Shown here in pieces: positions 45,554 to 54,860 of a stretch of 64,000 nt of DNA; positions within the stretch are counted from its first letter, which is position 1; each line of letters starts with the position of its first letter. Under the pieces are notes generated by a model. The model saw only the letters and a program-made list of their open reading frames with translations, did no database searches and was not told the DNA's origin. Origin of the DNA: an uncultured Ignavibacteriales bacterium (lineage in GTDB: Bacteria; Zixibacteria; MSB-5A5; GN15; JAAZOE01); contig CAZGAV010000012.1 of assembly GCA_964523575.1 (NCBI GenBank), positions 385-64,384 of the forward strand, in the 5' to 3' direction. Position numbers and translations under genes: made by a program.

Positions 45554-47842
45554 ATGCAATACAGGATGTTGTTGCTTGTTGTATTGACAGCGCTGTGTGC
45601 TACAATGGCTTTCGGACAGGGGGCTGCCAACGATCCCGGGCTTCGCGACACCCTTTATATTGAGTCGGTTACCGTTGATGCCGGACAGAAGGCCGTGGTC
45701 GAAATCAACTTTTTCAGCGATGAGGAGCTGGCGGCGTTGACGATCCCGCTGGCCTGGACATCGGCGGATATCACACTCGATTCGGTTTCCTACGCCGGCA
45801 GTCGCATCGCTTATATCAACACCAAGCCGTACACTATTTATAACTCCAATCAGGAAGTCGTTTTCGGTGCGGTCGTCTTTTTCGAAGCCAATATCGCTCC
45901 CGGTAGCGGCCTGATGGCCACACTCTATTTCGATGTCCCGCCCGGTACACCCGATCAATTCGTCGATATCGACAGCACAACTATCCCCCCGGCCCAGCTC
46001 TACTTCACCAATACCAACTCGAGCAATTTCACGCCCGAAGTGTTTCCGGGAACGATTCAGATCGGCGAACCTCAGTTGCCGCCCCATATTGTTCTGACGC
46101 CGACTTCGATGACATTCGAAGGGACGGTGGGATTTCCCAGCCCGCCGGGGCAGGCGTTGTCGATTTCCAATAGCGGACCGGGGGCCATGACCTGGACTTC
46201 TTCCTTCTCCTCCACCTGGCTTTCGGTCAACCCTTCAAACGGCACCGCTCCCTCCGCGACATCCATCAATGTCAACATCGCCGGCCTCTCCGATGGCGTC
46301 TATTATGACACCGTCGTCATCACCGCGCCGGACGCGGATAATTCGCCGCAGAAATTACCGATAACCCTCAACGTTATCACTCTGCCGCCCAAAATCGTGT
46401 ACACGCCAACGTCCTTCGCCGTATCGGCCATTCAGGGCGGCGTCAATCCTGATGATCGCTACCTCAGGATATTTACCGATGTTCCCGGAAGCAGTCTCAA
46501 CTGGTCGGTTGCCAATTCCTCGGGCTGGCTGAACCTGACGCCGACGTCGGGTATTTCCGACGATTCGGTCACTTTGCAGTTCGATATTACCGGCCTTTCG
46601 TTCGGATTCTATTATGACACTGTTCTCATCACCGACCCGGCGGCGACGAATAATCCTCAGAAAGTCCCGGTAACCCTGCAAATCGTATCCGATCTGCCCG
46701 TTCTGGGACTCGAGCCACCGGTGGTCCATGTCGTAGCAGCCATAGGGACGAGTACCCCCCCGCCGGAAGAGGTTTTGATTTACAATTCGGGTGAGGGAGT
46801 TATGACCTATCAGGCCACCGAAACCAGCAAAGCTATCGTCGGTTTGTCGCCGGCTTCGGGGTCGGCGCCGCAGAGTATGCAAATATCGTTCAACCTGTCG
46901 ACGGTTCCTCCCGGCGATACCTATGACACCATTACCGTGACCTCACCGGAGGCGGTCAACTCGCCACAATATATCATCGTCCATTATCATCTGTCTGCCA
47001 ACCCGGCCAATATCGCCCTTTTCCCGAGCGCGATCTCCTTTTCTTATTATGAATGCTGGCAGGGGCCTCATTCCCTGCCGCCCATCAAAACCTTCCAAAT
47101 CGTCAATACCGGAGATGATAACATGTCCTGGTGGCTGACTCATAACAGCGACTGGCTGATGCTTTCCACCACTTCGGGAACCGACGATGCCGTCGTTACT
47201 CTGACGCTCGACGCCGAAGGATTGCCAGTCGGGACTTATTATGATACGGTTGTCGTCTATTCCGACGAAGCCCTGGTCAGTCCCAGGCGGTTACCGGTGA
47301 CCCTGAATATTATCCCGGGGACCGAAACGCCCGAACTCGTTATCTCCGATACCGTCAAGAACGTTAAAGCGCAGGAAGTGTTCGGCCCCTCCCTGAATCT
47401 TATCGCCATAACGCAACTCTATAATCTTTATCCGGGCTGTATGGACTGGTGGGTGGAAGAGGATATACCCTGGTTGAAATTCATCGATTCTTCCGGTCAG
47501 GCCCCCTATACGCCGGTCGTGGCCATCGAAGTAGGAAGTTATACCTGGGGCGTTTATCCCGACTCATTCTATTTTTATTCCTCTACGGCCGCCAATTCGC
47601 CGGTCAAGATGCACGTCAACCTGCAGGTCTGGCGTCTGCACGGCGATTTCGACTGGAACAATGAAATCAATATTGCCGATGTCGTTCAGATGATCAATTA
47701 TGCCTTCAAGTCCGGAGTCGGTCCCCAGCCAGAGTACCTGGTCGGCGATTGCAACTGCGATCACTTCATCGGGATCGATGATATCGTGGTTTTGATCAAT
47801 TATGTCTTCAAATTCGGCAACAAGCCCTGCGGCAATCCCTGA
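45554..47842 (+). CDS. Secreted scaffold-like protein: cohesin-like domain, 5 BACON/Ig-like repeats and C-terminal dockerin
   Basis: ATG after an aggagg SD, signal peptide, five ~100-aa units ending in YYDT(V/I)..T.P.A.NSP...P.TL, and terminal HGDFDWNNEINIADVVQMINY.FK.G..P...GDCNCD..I.IDD.V.LINYVFK.G. Confidence 0.8.
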   Translation: MQYRMLLLVVLTALCATMAFGQGAANDPGLRDTLYIESVTVDAGQKAVVEINFFSDEELAALTIPLAWTSADITLDSVSYAGSRIAYINTKPYTIYNSNQEVVFGAVVFFEANIAPGSGLMATLYFDVPPGTPDQFVDIDSTTIPPAQLYFTNTNSSNFTPEVFPGTIQIGEPQLPPHIVLTPTSMTFEGTVGFPSPPGQALSISNSGPGAMTWTSSFSSTWLSVNPSNGTAPSATSINVNIAGLSDGVYYDTVVITAPDADNSPQKLPITLNVITLPPKIVYTPTSFAVSAIQGGVNPDDRYLRIFTDVPGSSLNWSVANSSGWLNLTPTSGISDDSVTLQFDITGLSFGFYYDTVLITDPAATNNPQKVPVTLQIVSDLPVLGLEPPVVHVVAAIGTSTPPPEEVLIYNSGEGVMTYQATETSKAIVGLSPASGSAPQSMQISFNLSTVPPGDTYDTITVTSPEAVNSPQYIIVHYHLSANPANIALFPSAISFSYYECWQGPHSLPPIKTFQIVNTGDDNMSWWLTHNSDWLMLSTTSGTDDAVVTLTLDAEGLPVGTYYDTVVVYSDEALVSPRRLPVTLNIIPGTETPELVISDTVKNVKAQEVFGPSLNLIAITQLYNLYPGCMDWWVEEDIPWLKFIDSSGQAPYTPVVAIEVGSYTWGVYPDSFYFYSSTAANSPVKMHVNLQVWRLHGDFDWNNEINIADVVQMINYAFKSGVGPQPEYLVGDCNCDHFIGIDDIVVLINYVFKFGNKPCGNP
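46078..47635 (+). repeat. Five tandem BACON-like Ig repeats (approximate bounds)
   Basis: Recurring P.I...P....F, M.W....S..WL...P.SG and YYDT..I....A.N.P motifs. Confidence 0.7.
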
Positions 47843-47865
47843 TCCCGGCGATATCAAAAAAAATG

Positions 47866-47899
47866 ATCGCCCGGCTCCGAAGGCCGGGCGATTTTTTTT
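47866..47899 (+). terminator. Intrinsic terminator
   Basis: atcgcccggc-tccgaag-gccgggcgat followed by a T run. Confidence 0.8.
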
Positions 47900-48119
47900 G
47901 CCGGGAAAATGAAACCTCGAGTCGATCCGGTTGTTTCAGAAGTAGAAGACAGAATTCGGTTAAGATAATTATCCTATTGACAGATAGGAGATTATGAATA
48001 TTTTGTGAATAAACCCGTCACTGTCCTCACTGGAGCAGGTTTCCGGCGAATTTATGTTTTAGCAGCGGAGACCGAAAACAATAAGTAATGACATGCTGTA
48101 TTCGAATAGGAGACCGGCA

Positions 48120-50351
48120 GTGAAAATAAAATTGCCCTTACTGATATTGCTACTTTGCTTTTTACCGGTCATCGGCATGACCGCCGACGACCAGACTGCC
48201 GCAATTGACGGTTCGGCGATATCTTGGGACCCCAAGGCTCTTCATCAGGAGATGTGGGACAATCTCAAACCGCGTCTGGCCCGGATGCAACAGGAATCGG
48301 CGCTGGCGGCCGACAAAAACGCCTCCAACTGGACCGAGTATGACATGGGCTATCATAAGATAGATTTGACCATCGATCATATAGACCAGATCATCTATGG
48401 CCGGGTCGATTCCTATGGCAAAGTCGTGGTTAACTCGCTCGACAGCGTCAAAATAAATTTCCTTAACACCATGACCGTGGACTCGGTTTATAACGGCACC
48501 GGAAACCTGGCTTTTACGCATGATTCCGATCACCTCACCGTTCATCTCGGCCGCAGCTTTCTGAAGGGCGAGCAATTTCAGTTCACCGTCGTTTATCATG
48601 GTCATCCTTCAAGCTCGGAAGGATTTCTGGGATTGAGCTTCTCCACCCGCAACAACTTGCCCCTGATTACCACCCTTTCGGAGCCGATGGGGGCGCGAAG
48701 TTGGTGGCCCTGCAACGATATCCCCCGGGACAAACTTGATTCCGTGGATATGATTGTCACGGTCGATACCTCGCTGGTCGTTTCCTCCAACGGGCTGGTG
48801 GTTTCCGAGGTGAATAATGGCAACGGCACCCATACGACGCATTGGGCCACGAGGTACCCGATCGCGCCCTATCTGGTCAGTCTGGCCATTCATCCATATG
48901 CGGTATGGTTCGATTATTACAATTACACCCCGACCGATTCGATGCCGGTGGAATTTTTCGTTTACCCCGACCATAACATGTATTCCCGGACTTTTTTCGA
49001 CGGCGTCGTGGCGCATATGCTCCAGGTTTTGTCCGGCATCTACGGCCAGTATCCTTTCATCAACGAAAAATACGGATGCACTCATTTTGATTGGGGCGGT
49101 GCGATGGAGCACCAGACCAACACCTCGACGACCGCGACCTCTTTCGGCTATTCTCAGCCGGTGATCGTCCATGAATTATCCCATCAATGGTGGGGCGACA
49201 TGGTCACCTGTGAAGACTGGCATCATATCTGGCTCAACGAGGGTTTTGCGGTTTATTCCGAGGCGCTCTATTTTGAGGCCGACAGCGGCCTTGATTATTA
49301 TCATCAATACATGAATGATTTCGAATATACCTCCGGCGGCCGCATTTATATCGACGATACCACCGATATCTGGAATATTTTCAGCGCCCGGGTTTACGAT
49401 AAAGGCGGCTGGGTATTACATATGTTGCGCCATATCGTCGGCGACGATGCCTTTTTCCAGGCCTTCGCCGATTATCGCGACGAGTACACCTGGAAAAGCG
49501 CTACCACCGAAGATTTTCAGGCCGTAGTCGAAGCCGCCTCGGGGATGGACCTCGACTGGTTTTTCCAGGAATGGATTTACGGCACCTATCGTCCCAATTA
49601 CCGCTACGCTTACCTGACTCAGGAAGACCCGGACGGGGGGTGGAATACCTATCTCCATATTCGCCAGATTCAGACGACCGATCCGGAAGTGTTTACCATG
49701 CCAATAGATATCAGGTTATCCTATTCGGCGGCTCAGGAGACCCGAGTCATTTACAATGACGCCCGGGAGCAGAATTTTATCCTGCATACCGACGACAAAC
49801 CGATCGATCTGGCCCTTGATCCCGATCGCTGGATTTCTCGTCAGGCGGCGGTGGAGACCTACACGGCTTACATCCTGACGGAAAGTCTCCTCGACGGCAA
49901 CCTGCTGGCCGATTATTCGGATACGGTGCAGGCCAAGGGACAGACCGATAATTTCGATTATGAAATCGTCGCGGGCGCTTTGCCTTCAGGGCTTTCTCTG
50001 GACCCGTCCACCGGAATTATCTCCAGTCAGCCGAGGGAATTCGGCTCGTTCACCTTCACGGTGATGGCGACCAATACCGATTACATCTACTATAGCGATG
50101 AGAAAGAATACACCATAGAAATCGGCCAGCCCCTGGCAAACTATCCCGGCGACGTAAATATCGATGGCTCGGTGGATGTCGGCGACGCGGTTTATCTCAT
50201 AAATTACATATTCAAGAACGGTTCTTCGCCGGTGGTAGCCGACTGGGCCGATTCCAACGCCGATTGCCATGTCAACGTCGGCGACATCGTTTACCTGATC
50301 AATTTCATATTCCGGGACGGAGCCGCTCCGCTGCTTGGCTGTGTCGACTGA
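48120..50351 (+). CDS. Secreted M1 family aminopeptidase with putative Ig domain and C-terminal dockerin
   Basis: GGAMEH, HELSHQWWGD-..-WLNEGFA (HExxH-x18-E), YDKGGWVLHMLR, GALPSGLSLDPSTG.IS..P, and a PGDVNIDGSVDVGDAVYLINYIFK.G dockerin. GTG start after an aggag SD. Confidence 0.9.
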   Translation: MKIKLPLLILLLCFLPVIGMTADDQTAAIDGSAISWDPKALHQEMWDNLKPRLARMQQESALAADKNASNWTEYDMGYHKIDLTIDHIDQIIYGRVDSYGKVVVNSLDSVKINFLNTMTVDSVYNGTGNLAFTHDSDHLTVHLGRSFLKGEQFQFTVVYHGHPSSSEGFLGLSFSTRNNLPLITTLSEPMGARSWWPCNDIPRDKLDSVDMIVTVDTSLVVSSNGLVVSEVNNGNGTHTTHWATRYPIAPYLVSLAIHPYAVWFDYYNYTPTDSMPVEFFVYPDHNMYSRTFFDGVVAHMLQVLSGIYGQYPFINEKYGCTHFDWGGAMEHQTNTSTTATSFGYSQPVIVHELSHQWWGDMVTCEDWHHIWLNEGFAVYSEALYFEADSGLDYYHQYMNDFEYTSGGRIYIDDTTDIWNIFSARVYDKGGWVLHMLRHIVGDDAFFQAFADYRDEYTWKSATTEDFQAVVEAASGMDLDWFFQEWIYGTYRPNYRYAYLTQEDPDGGWNTYLHIRQIQTTDPEVFTMPIDIRLSYSAAQETRVIYNDAREQNFILHTDDKPIDLALDPDRWISRQAAVETYTAYILTESLLDGNLLADYSDTVQAKGQTDNFDYEIVAGALPSGLSLDPSTGIISSQPREFGSFTFTVMATNTDYIYYSDEKEYTIEIGQPLANYPGDVNIDGSVDVGDAVYLINYIFKNGSSPVVADWADSNADCHVNVGDIVYLINFIFRDGAAPLLGCVD

Positions 50352-50377
50352 TGATAGCCCGGAAAAGCCCATAAATC

Positions 50378-50407
50378 AGGCCCCGGACAGGCATCCGGGG
50401 CCTTTTT
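50378..50407 (+). terminator. Intrinsic terminator
   Basis: aggccccgga-caggca-tccggggcct followed by tttt. Confidence 0.8.
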
Positions 50408-50523
50408 ATTGGATATTGCGACTGGTATTTAGTTGACAATTCCCGGAAAATCGGAATATATTTAGACTCTGACACGGAGATCGAATCGCTTTACTGCACT
50501 CGAATCGGGGCGGACGGATACTT

Positions 50524-51828
50524 ATGCTTCGGAAGACCTATTATTTACATAGTTATGGTTGCCAGATGAATCTGGCCGATTCCGGGATTCTTTCGGCCGC
50601 TATGGAGGCGGCCGGTTATACGCCGGTGGCCGACCCCGCCCGTGCCGGCGTTATAATCCTCAATACCTGTTCGGTGAGGGAGAAGGCCGAAGAGCGGGCC
50701 TTAGGCCGCCTGACGGAACTGGTGCGCTTCAAACAAAACGAGGAAACCTGTGTCTGCGCCGTCGGCTGTATGGCGCAGAGGATGGGAGCGAAACTGCTCG
50801 AGCGGATTCCGGGTATCGATTTTATCCTCGGCACTCAGCAATTGTTCGAGCTACCCCGGTTGCTGGCCGGCAAAAACGGTCAGCCGGTCATCGAAACTGA
50901 AATCAGCAACGGCTTGGAATGGGCCGAGTATCCGCCCGAACCGGACAATCCTTATTTGGCCCATGTCACCATCACCCGCGGCTGTAATAATTATTGCGCC
51001 TATTGCATCGTGCCTTACCTTCGCGGTCCGGAACGCCATCGGAAACCGGAAGCGATCATTCGCGATATCAATCATCTCGCCGAAAAGGGCGTTCTTGATC
51101 TGACTTTGGTGGGGCAGAATGTCAATTCCTACCGCTTCGACCGCATGCAGTTTCCCGAGTTGATCCGGATGGTCCTTCATGAGACCGGGATCAGACGACT
51201 GAGGTTTATCACGTCTCATCCCAAAGACCTCTCCGATGAACTAATCGACCTGTTTGCCGCCGAACCCCGGCTTATGGGTCATGTCCATCTGCCGCTCCAG
51301 AGCGGCTCCGACCGGATTCTGGAAAAAATGTTTCGGCGCTATACATTCGGTCATTATTATGGTCTTGTGGACAAATTGCGGCAGGCCCGGGCGGATATCG
51401 CCTTGACTACCGATCTTATTGTCGGTTTCCCCGGAGAAACCGGGGAAGATTATGAAATGACTCTCGAGGCGGTGAGTGATATCCGTTTTGACGCTGCCTT
51501 CATGTTCCGCTATTCGACGCGCGAAGGCACCTGGGCGGCTAAAAATCTGGTCGATGATATCCCGGAAGAAGAGAAGCTCGCCCGCCTGCGTCGCTTGATT
51601 GATCTCCAGAAACAAATATCATACGAGGTCAATCAGAAGGAAGTCAGCCGCGTCCGGGAAACTCTGATCGACGGCGTGAGCCGCCGCGATGACCGGGTAT
51701 GGAAAGGCAAGACTGAGGGAAACAAAACAGTTCTGGTCGAATCCGATCAGGAATTGCTCGGCCGGATCATGCCGATAAAAATCACGCGGGCCGATAGCTG
51801 GACTCTGCACGGCGAGGTGGCCCTATGA
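50524..51828 (+). CDS. miaB: tRNA-2-methylthio-N6-dimethylallyladenosine synthase MiaB
   Basis: SYGCQMN, LNTCSVREKAE, radical SAM motif GCNNYCAYCIVP, and a C-terminal TRAM domain. Confidence 0.93.
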   Translation: MLRKTYYLHSYGCQMNLADSGILSAAMEAAGYTPVADPARAGVIILNTCSVREKAEERALGRLTELVRFKQNEETCVCAVGCMAQRMGAKLLERIPGIDFILGTQQLFELPRLLAGKNGQPVIETEISNGLEWAEYPPEPDNPYLAHVTITRGCNNYCAYCIVPYLRGPERHRKPEAIIRDINHLAEKGVLDLTLVGQNVNSYRFDRMQFPELIRMVLHETGIRRLRFITSHPKDLSDELIDLFAAEPRLMGHVHLPLQSGSDRILEKMFRRYTFGHYYGLVDKLRQARADIALTTDLIVGFPGETGEDYEMTLEAVSDIRFDAAFMFRYSTREGTWAAKNLVDDIPEEEKLARLRRLIDLQKQISYEVNQKEVSRVRETLIDGVSRRDDRVWKGKTEGNKTVLVESDQELLGRIMPIKITRADSWTLHGEVAL

Positions 51829-54788
51829 GTATCGAATTGCTCGGCGCCATCCTCTTTTTTGTCCTGACCGTTTTCGCCCTGCTGTTCAGCCTGACCAAAA
51901 CCTCGCAGATCGACGCCGAAAGTTTCCCCAATCGGACGAGGTTTTATATTGGGTTGATGGTCTTGATTCTCTCGGGTATCCTGGCCGTTTTCATGAGCTT
52001 CCCCGGTTATGCAGAGTGGTTTGTCCCGGCCGTGTATCCTGTCCTGAAAATCACCTTTTTGATTTTCTTCATTGCCGGTTTCTTCATGGCCTTGACGACC
52101 CTGATCGCCTTTCCGCAACATATGAATTATTATCGCCGGGAGATCAACGGCCGCTCCGACCGCATCGCCTTGCTCGAAAACATCCGGCAGATAGCGTCGC
52201 AACCGTATCCGATAACGGAATTATTCACGCTCGTCCTGAAGGAGCTGGGCAGTTTTCTGGTGCTCCAGAAGGGAGCGGTGTTCATGATTAACCCATCGCG
52301 GCGAGAGATGTATTTGGTGGCCCAGATCGGTCTTGACCGCGAGGAGTTGAGCCGCCTGGAGAGATTTCCAATGGGCCGCGATATTATATCGCAGGCGGCT
52401 ATGGAGCAGGAGCCATGCATCTCCGGCGATCTGGCCTCCGCCGACAGCGGGAGTCGAAAACTAATTCTTGCCGGCCGCGATTTGACCCTTTCGGCCGCCG
52501 CCCTGCCATTATCATCGCGCGACCGTTCTCTTGGAGCTTTGCTGGTCCTTTCCGACAAGCCGTATCGATTTGAAAAGCGGGATCGAATGTTGCTTATGGC
52601 CGCCGCCGAAGCGGTCGCCGGAGTGGTGGAATCGAATCGCCTCTCCCGCGATAACCAGAAACTGGCCGGTCGGCTCGACGATGTCTCGGCCCGCCTCGAC
52701 AGTTTCCGGGCCGGTTTGAATGAAATTGCATCAGGCGTGGATCATCACGTAATCCTGACTTCGACCTGTCGGCGATTGGCGGAAAAATACAGCGCTCTGG
52801 CCTGTCGTATCGTCAAAATCGAAAACGGGGAATTGATCAATATCGCCCACCATGAATCCATGGCCGATACTTCACTGGGCAGTCAATCCTATCGCATCGC
52901 CGTCATCGACGCCATCCGGCGCAAGAAAATGGTCGTCCTTAATCAGGAGGCCAGGAATCGGGAAGGCGGCGTTTATATCAGCCGTTCCGCGCTATTATGC
53001 CCCTTCAACCTGAAGGTGCCGGGTGAATACGCCATGTTGCTGGAAGCGCCCGGCAGCGGTCTGGCGCTGGATAATCAATTTTTATCGGAGGTTGAAATCG
53101 AAGTCAACCTGGTGACGATGGCCATGAATTTGTACGGCCTGAAAGACGTCGAATCATTCAATCAGACTTCGGTAACGGCCCTTCTACGAATATTGAAAAT
53201 TCCGCCGCAAGCGGCGCCGGAGGAAATATTTCGGAGCTTTCAGGCCGAGACCGAACGTCTGCTGGCGGAGGATTCGACGGCCCTGGTCTTCATCCGTGAC
53301 GATGACCACCGGTACCGGATACTTGACAGTGGTCATCTGACGGTCGGCGACTTGGCCGAAACGGTTTTCCTGCCGGGCGAGGGGCCGATCGGTCATTCGG
53401 CCGCGACCGGGGAGACACTGGAATTTATCGGCCGGGAGAAGGTCGCCAAAGGATGGAGCGGCCTCGATCAGGTCAATCAGGATTTCCTGAATTATCTCGG
53501 CGGGGAAAAAGGTTTGCCCGATTATCAACTGTGCATTCCTGTCTCAGTGCTCGATCAGGTCGTCGGTGTGGTGGCGGTTTTCGGTCATGGAGTCGGGCCT
53601 CGCTCCGAGGGGAAAGAGAAAGCCCTGGTGCTTCTGGCGGCGCAATTACTGTCGATCAGGATGTCGATGGCCGAACTGGAAAGCCGTCCCTTCGGGGAGG
53701 ACGTGACCGGGATGGGCGCCGATATCGGACATACTATCAACCGCATCAACAACGATCTGGCCACTATCATGGGGCAGGCCGAATTGCTGGAACGCCAGAC
53801 CGATGTGTCGGGCCAGACCCGTTTGGTCGCCGGTGAAATTTTGAAGGCCGCCGAACAAGCGGCCGGCGCGGTGCGCCGCCTGCAGGATGGTACCCTGCCG
53901 GCGCCGTTGGAGCCGCGCAGGGCGGCGGATGATCTGACCGGACGCCTCGGCCGCTTCCTCGAGGGCCATCATGTCACGGGCAATTTATATATGTTCGACA
54001 ACAACCGAACGGTGATGATGCGTCAGGATCTGGCCGAAACCCCATCACGGGTACTGCCGGATGAACGATTGTCATCCATTATGGAAGAAATTCTCAAATA
54101 TTTCGTCACGCTCCAGGAAGAGGGCGATGAGGTCCTCTTGCAAACCCGGATCGCCGAAAACTACTTCTATATCAGCCTCGTGCGCGGCTCACGGGAAAAG
54201 CATGACGCCTTCGAGCCTTCGGCGCATGATTTCGGCGCCCCCGATGTCCTGCCGACGGATATCGCCGACCAACCAATGGTAAAAGTTCTTGGCGATCAGA
54301 AAAGCGAAGTGTCCTTCGATCGGTTCGGTCGTCGGCCCACGTACTTGTCATTCCGCTTCCCGCTGGAAGGCCGATCCGTAGAGACGCCGCCGGTTCGACC
54401 AGGCTCCGCCGTGGCCGGTCTGAAAATTCTGGCTATCGACGATCAGCAGATGATCCTTGATTTGCTGGCCGGAATCTGCCAGTCGCTCGGGCTGGAATTG
54501 TCGGCTTTCATCGACCCGGCCCTCGGTTTGGAGGCGTTCAAGAATGACCGCTTCGATATCGTCATGGTCGATCTGGCTCTGGGTCAGGTTTCGGGCTGGG
54601 AAATTGCCCGGGAAATCAAGCATCATTCGCCCGAGACGCCGGTGATTATGATGACTGGCTGGGGCATGAATATCGATCCCGATAAGGCGGCCTCCGGTGG
54701 GGTCGATTTTACATTGGCCAAACCGTTTAGGATTGAACAACTTACGGAAGTCATCAAACAGGCCAAAATTAAACTCCATTCATCTTAA
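51825..54788 (+). CDS. Membrane GAF-domain hybrid sensor with degenerate HisKA/HATPase and intact receiver domain
   Basis: 3 N-terminal TMs, GAF-like regions, HisKA-like GHTINRINNDLATIMGQAELL, and REC ILAIDD..IVMVDL..MMTG..LAKPF. Confidence 0.75.
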   Translation: MSIELLGAILFFVLTVFALLFSLTKTSQIDAESFPNRTRFYIGLMVLILSGILAVFMSFPGYAEWFVPAVYPVLKITFLIFFIAGFFMALTTLIAFPQHMNYYRREINGRSDRIALLENIRQIASQPYPITELFTLVLKELGSFLVLQKGAVFMINPSRREMYLVAQIGLDREELSRLERFPMGRDIISQAAMEQEPCISGDLASADSGSRKLILAGRDLTLSAAALPLSSRDRSLGALLVLSDKPYRFEKRDRMLLMAAAEAVAGVVESNRLSRDNQKLAGRLDDVSARLDSFRAGLNEIASGVDHHVILTSTCRRLAEKYSALACRIVKIENGELINIAHHESMADTSLGSQSYRIAVIDAIRRKKMVVLNQEARNREGGVYISRSALLCPFNLKVPGEYAMLLEAPGSGLALDNQFLSEVEIEVNLVTMAMNLYGLKDVESFNQTSVTALLRILKIPPQAAPEEIFRSFQAETERLLAEDSTALVFIRDDDHRYRILDSGHLTVGDLAETVFLPGEGPIGHSAATGETLEFIGREKVAKGWSGLDQVNQDFLNYLGGEKGLPDYQLCIPVSVLDQVVGVVAVFGHGVGPRSEGKEKALVLLAAQLLSIRMSMAELESRPFGEDVTGMGADIGHTINRINNDLATIMGQAELLERQTDVSGQTRLVAGEILKAAEQAAGAVRRLQDGTLPAPLEPRRAADDLTGRLGRFLEGHHVTGNLYMFDNNRTVMMRQDLAETPSRVLPDERLSSIMEEILKYFVTLQEEGDEVLLQTRIAENYFYISLVRGSREKHDAFEPSAHDFGAPDVLPTDIADQPMVKVLGDQKSEVSFDRFGRRPTYLSFRFPLEGRSVETPPVRPGSAVAGLKILAIDDQQMILDLLAGICQSLGLELSAFIDPALGLEAFKNDRFDIVMVDLALGQVSGWEIAREIKHHSPETPVIMMTGWGMNIDPDKAASGGVDFTLAKPFRIEQLTEVIKQAKIKLHSS

Positions 54789-54860
54789 GCCAATCCCTAA
54801 ATCATCTGCCGTCTTTGCCGATTTAAATATTATAAGGCGCGGACCATTCATCCTTATCAC

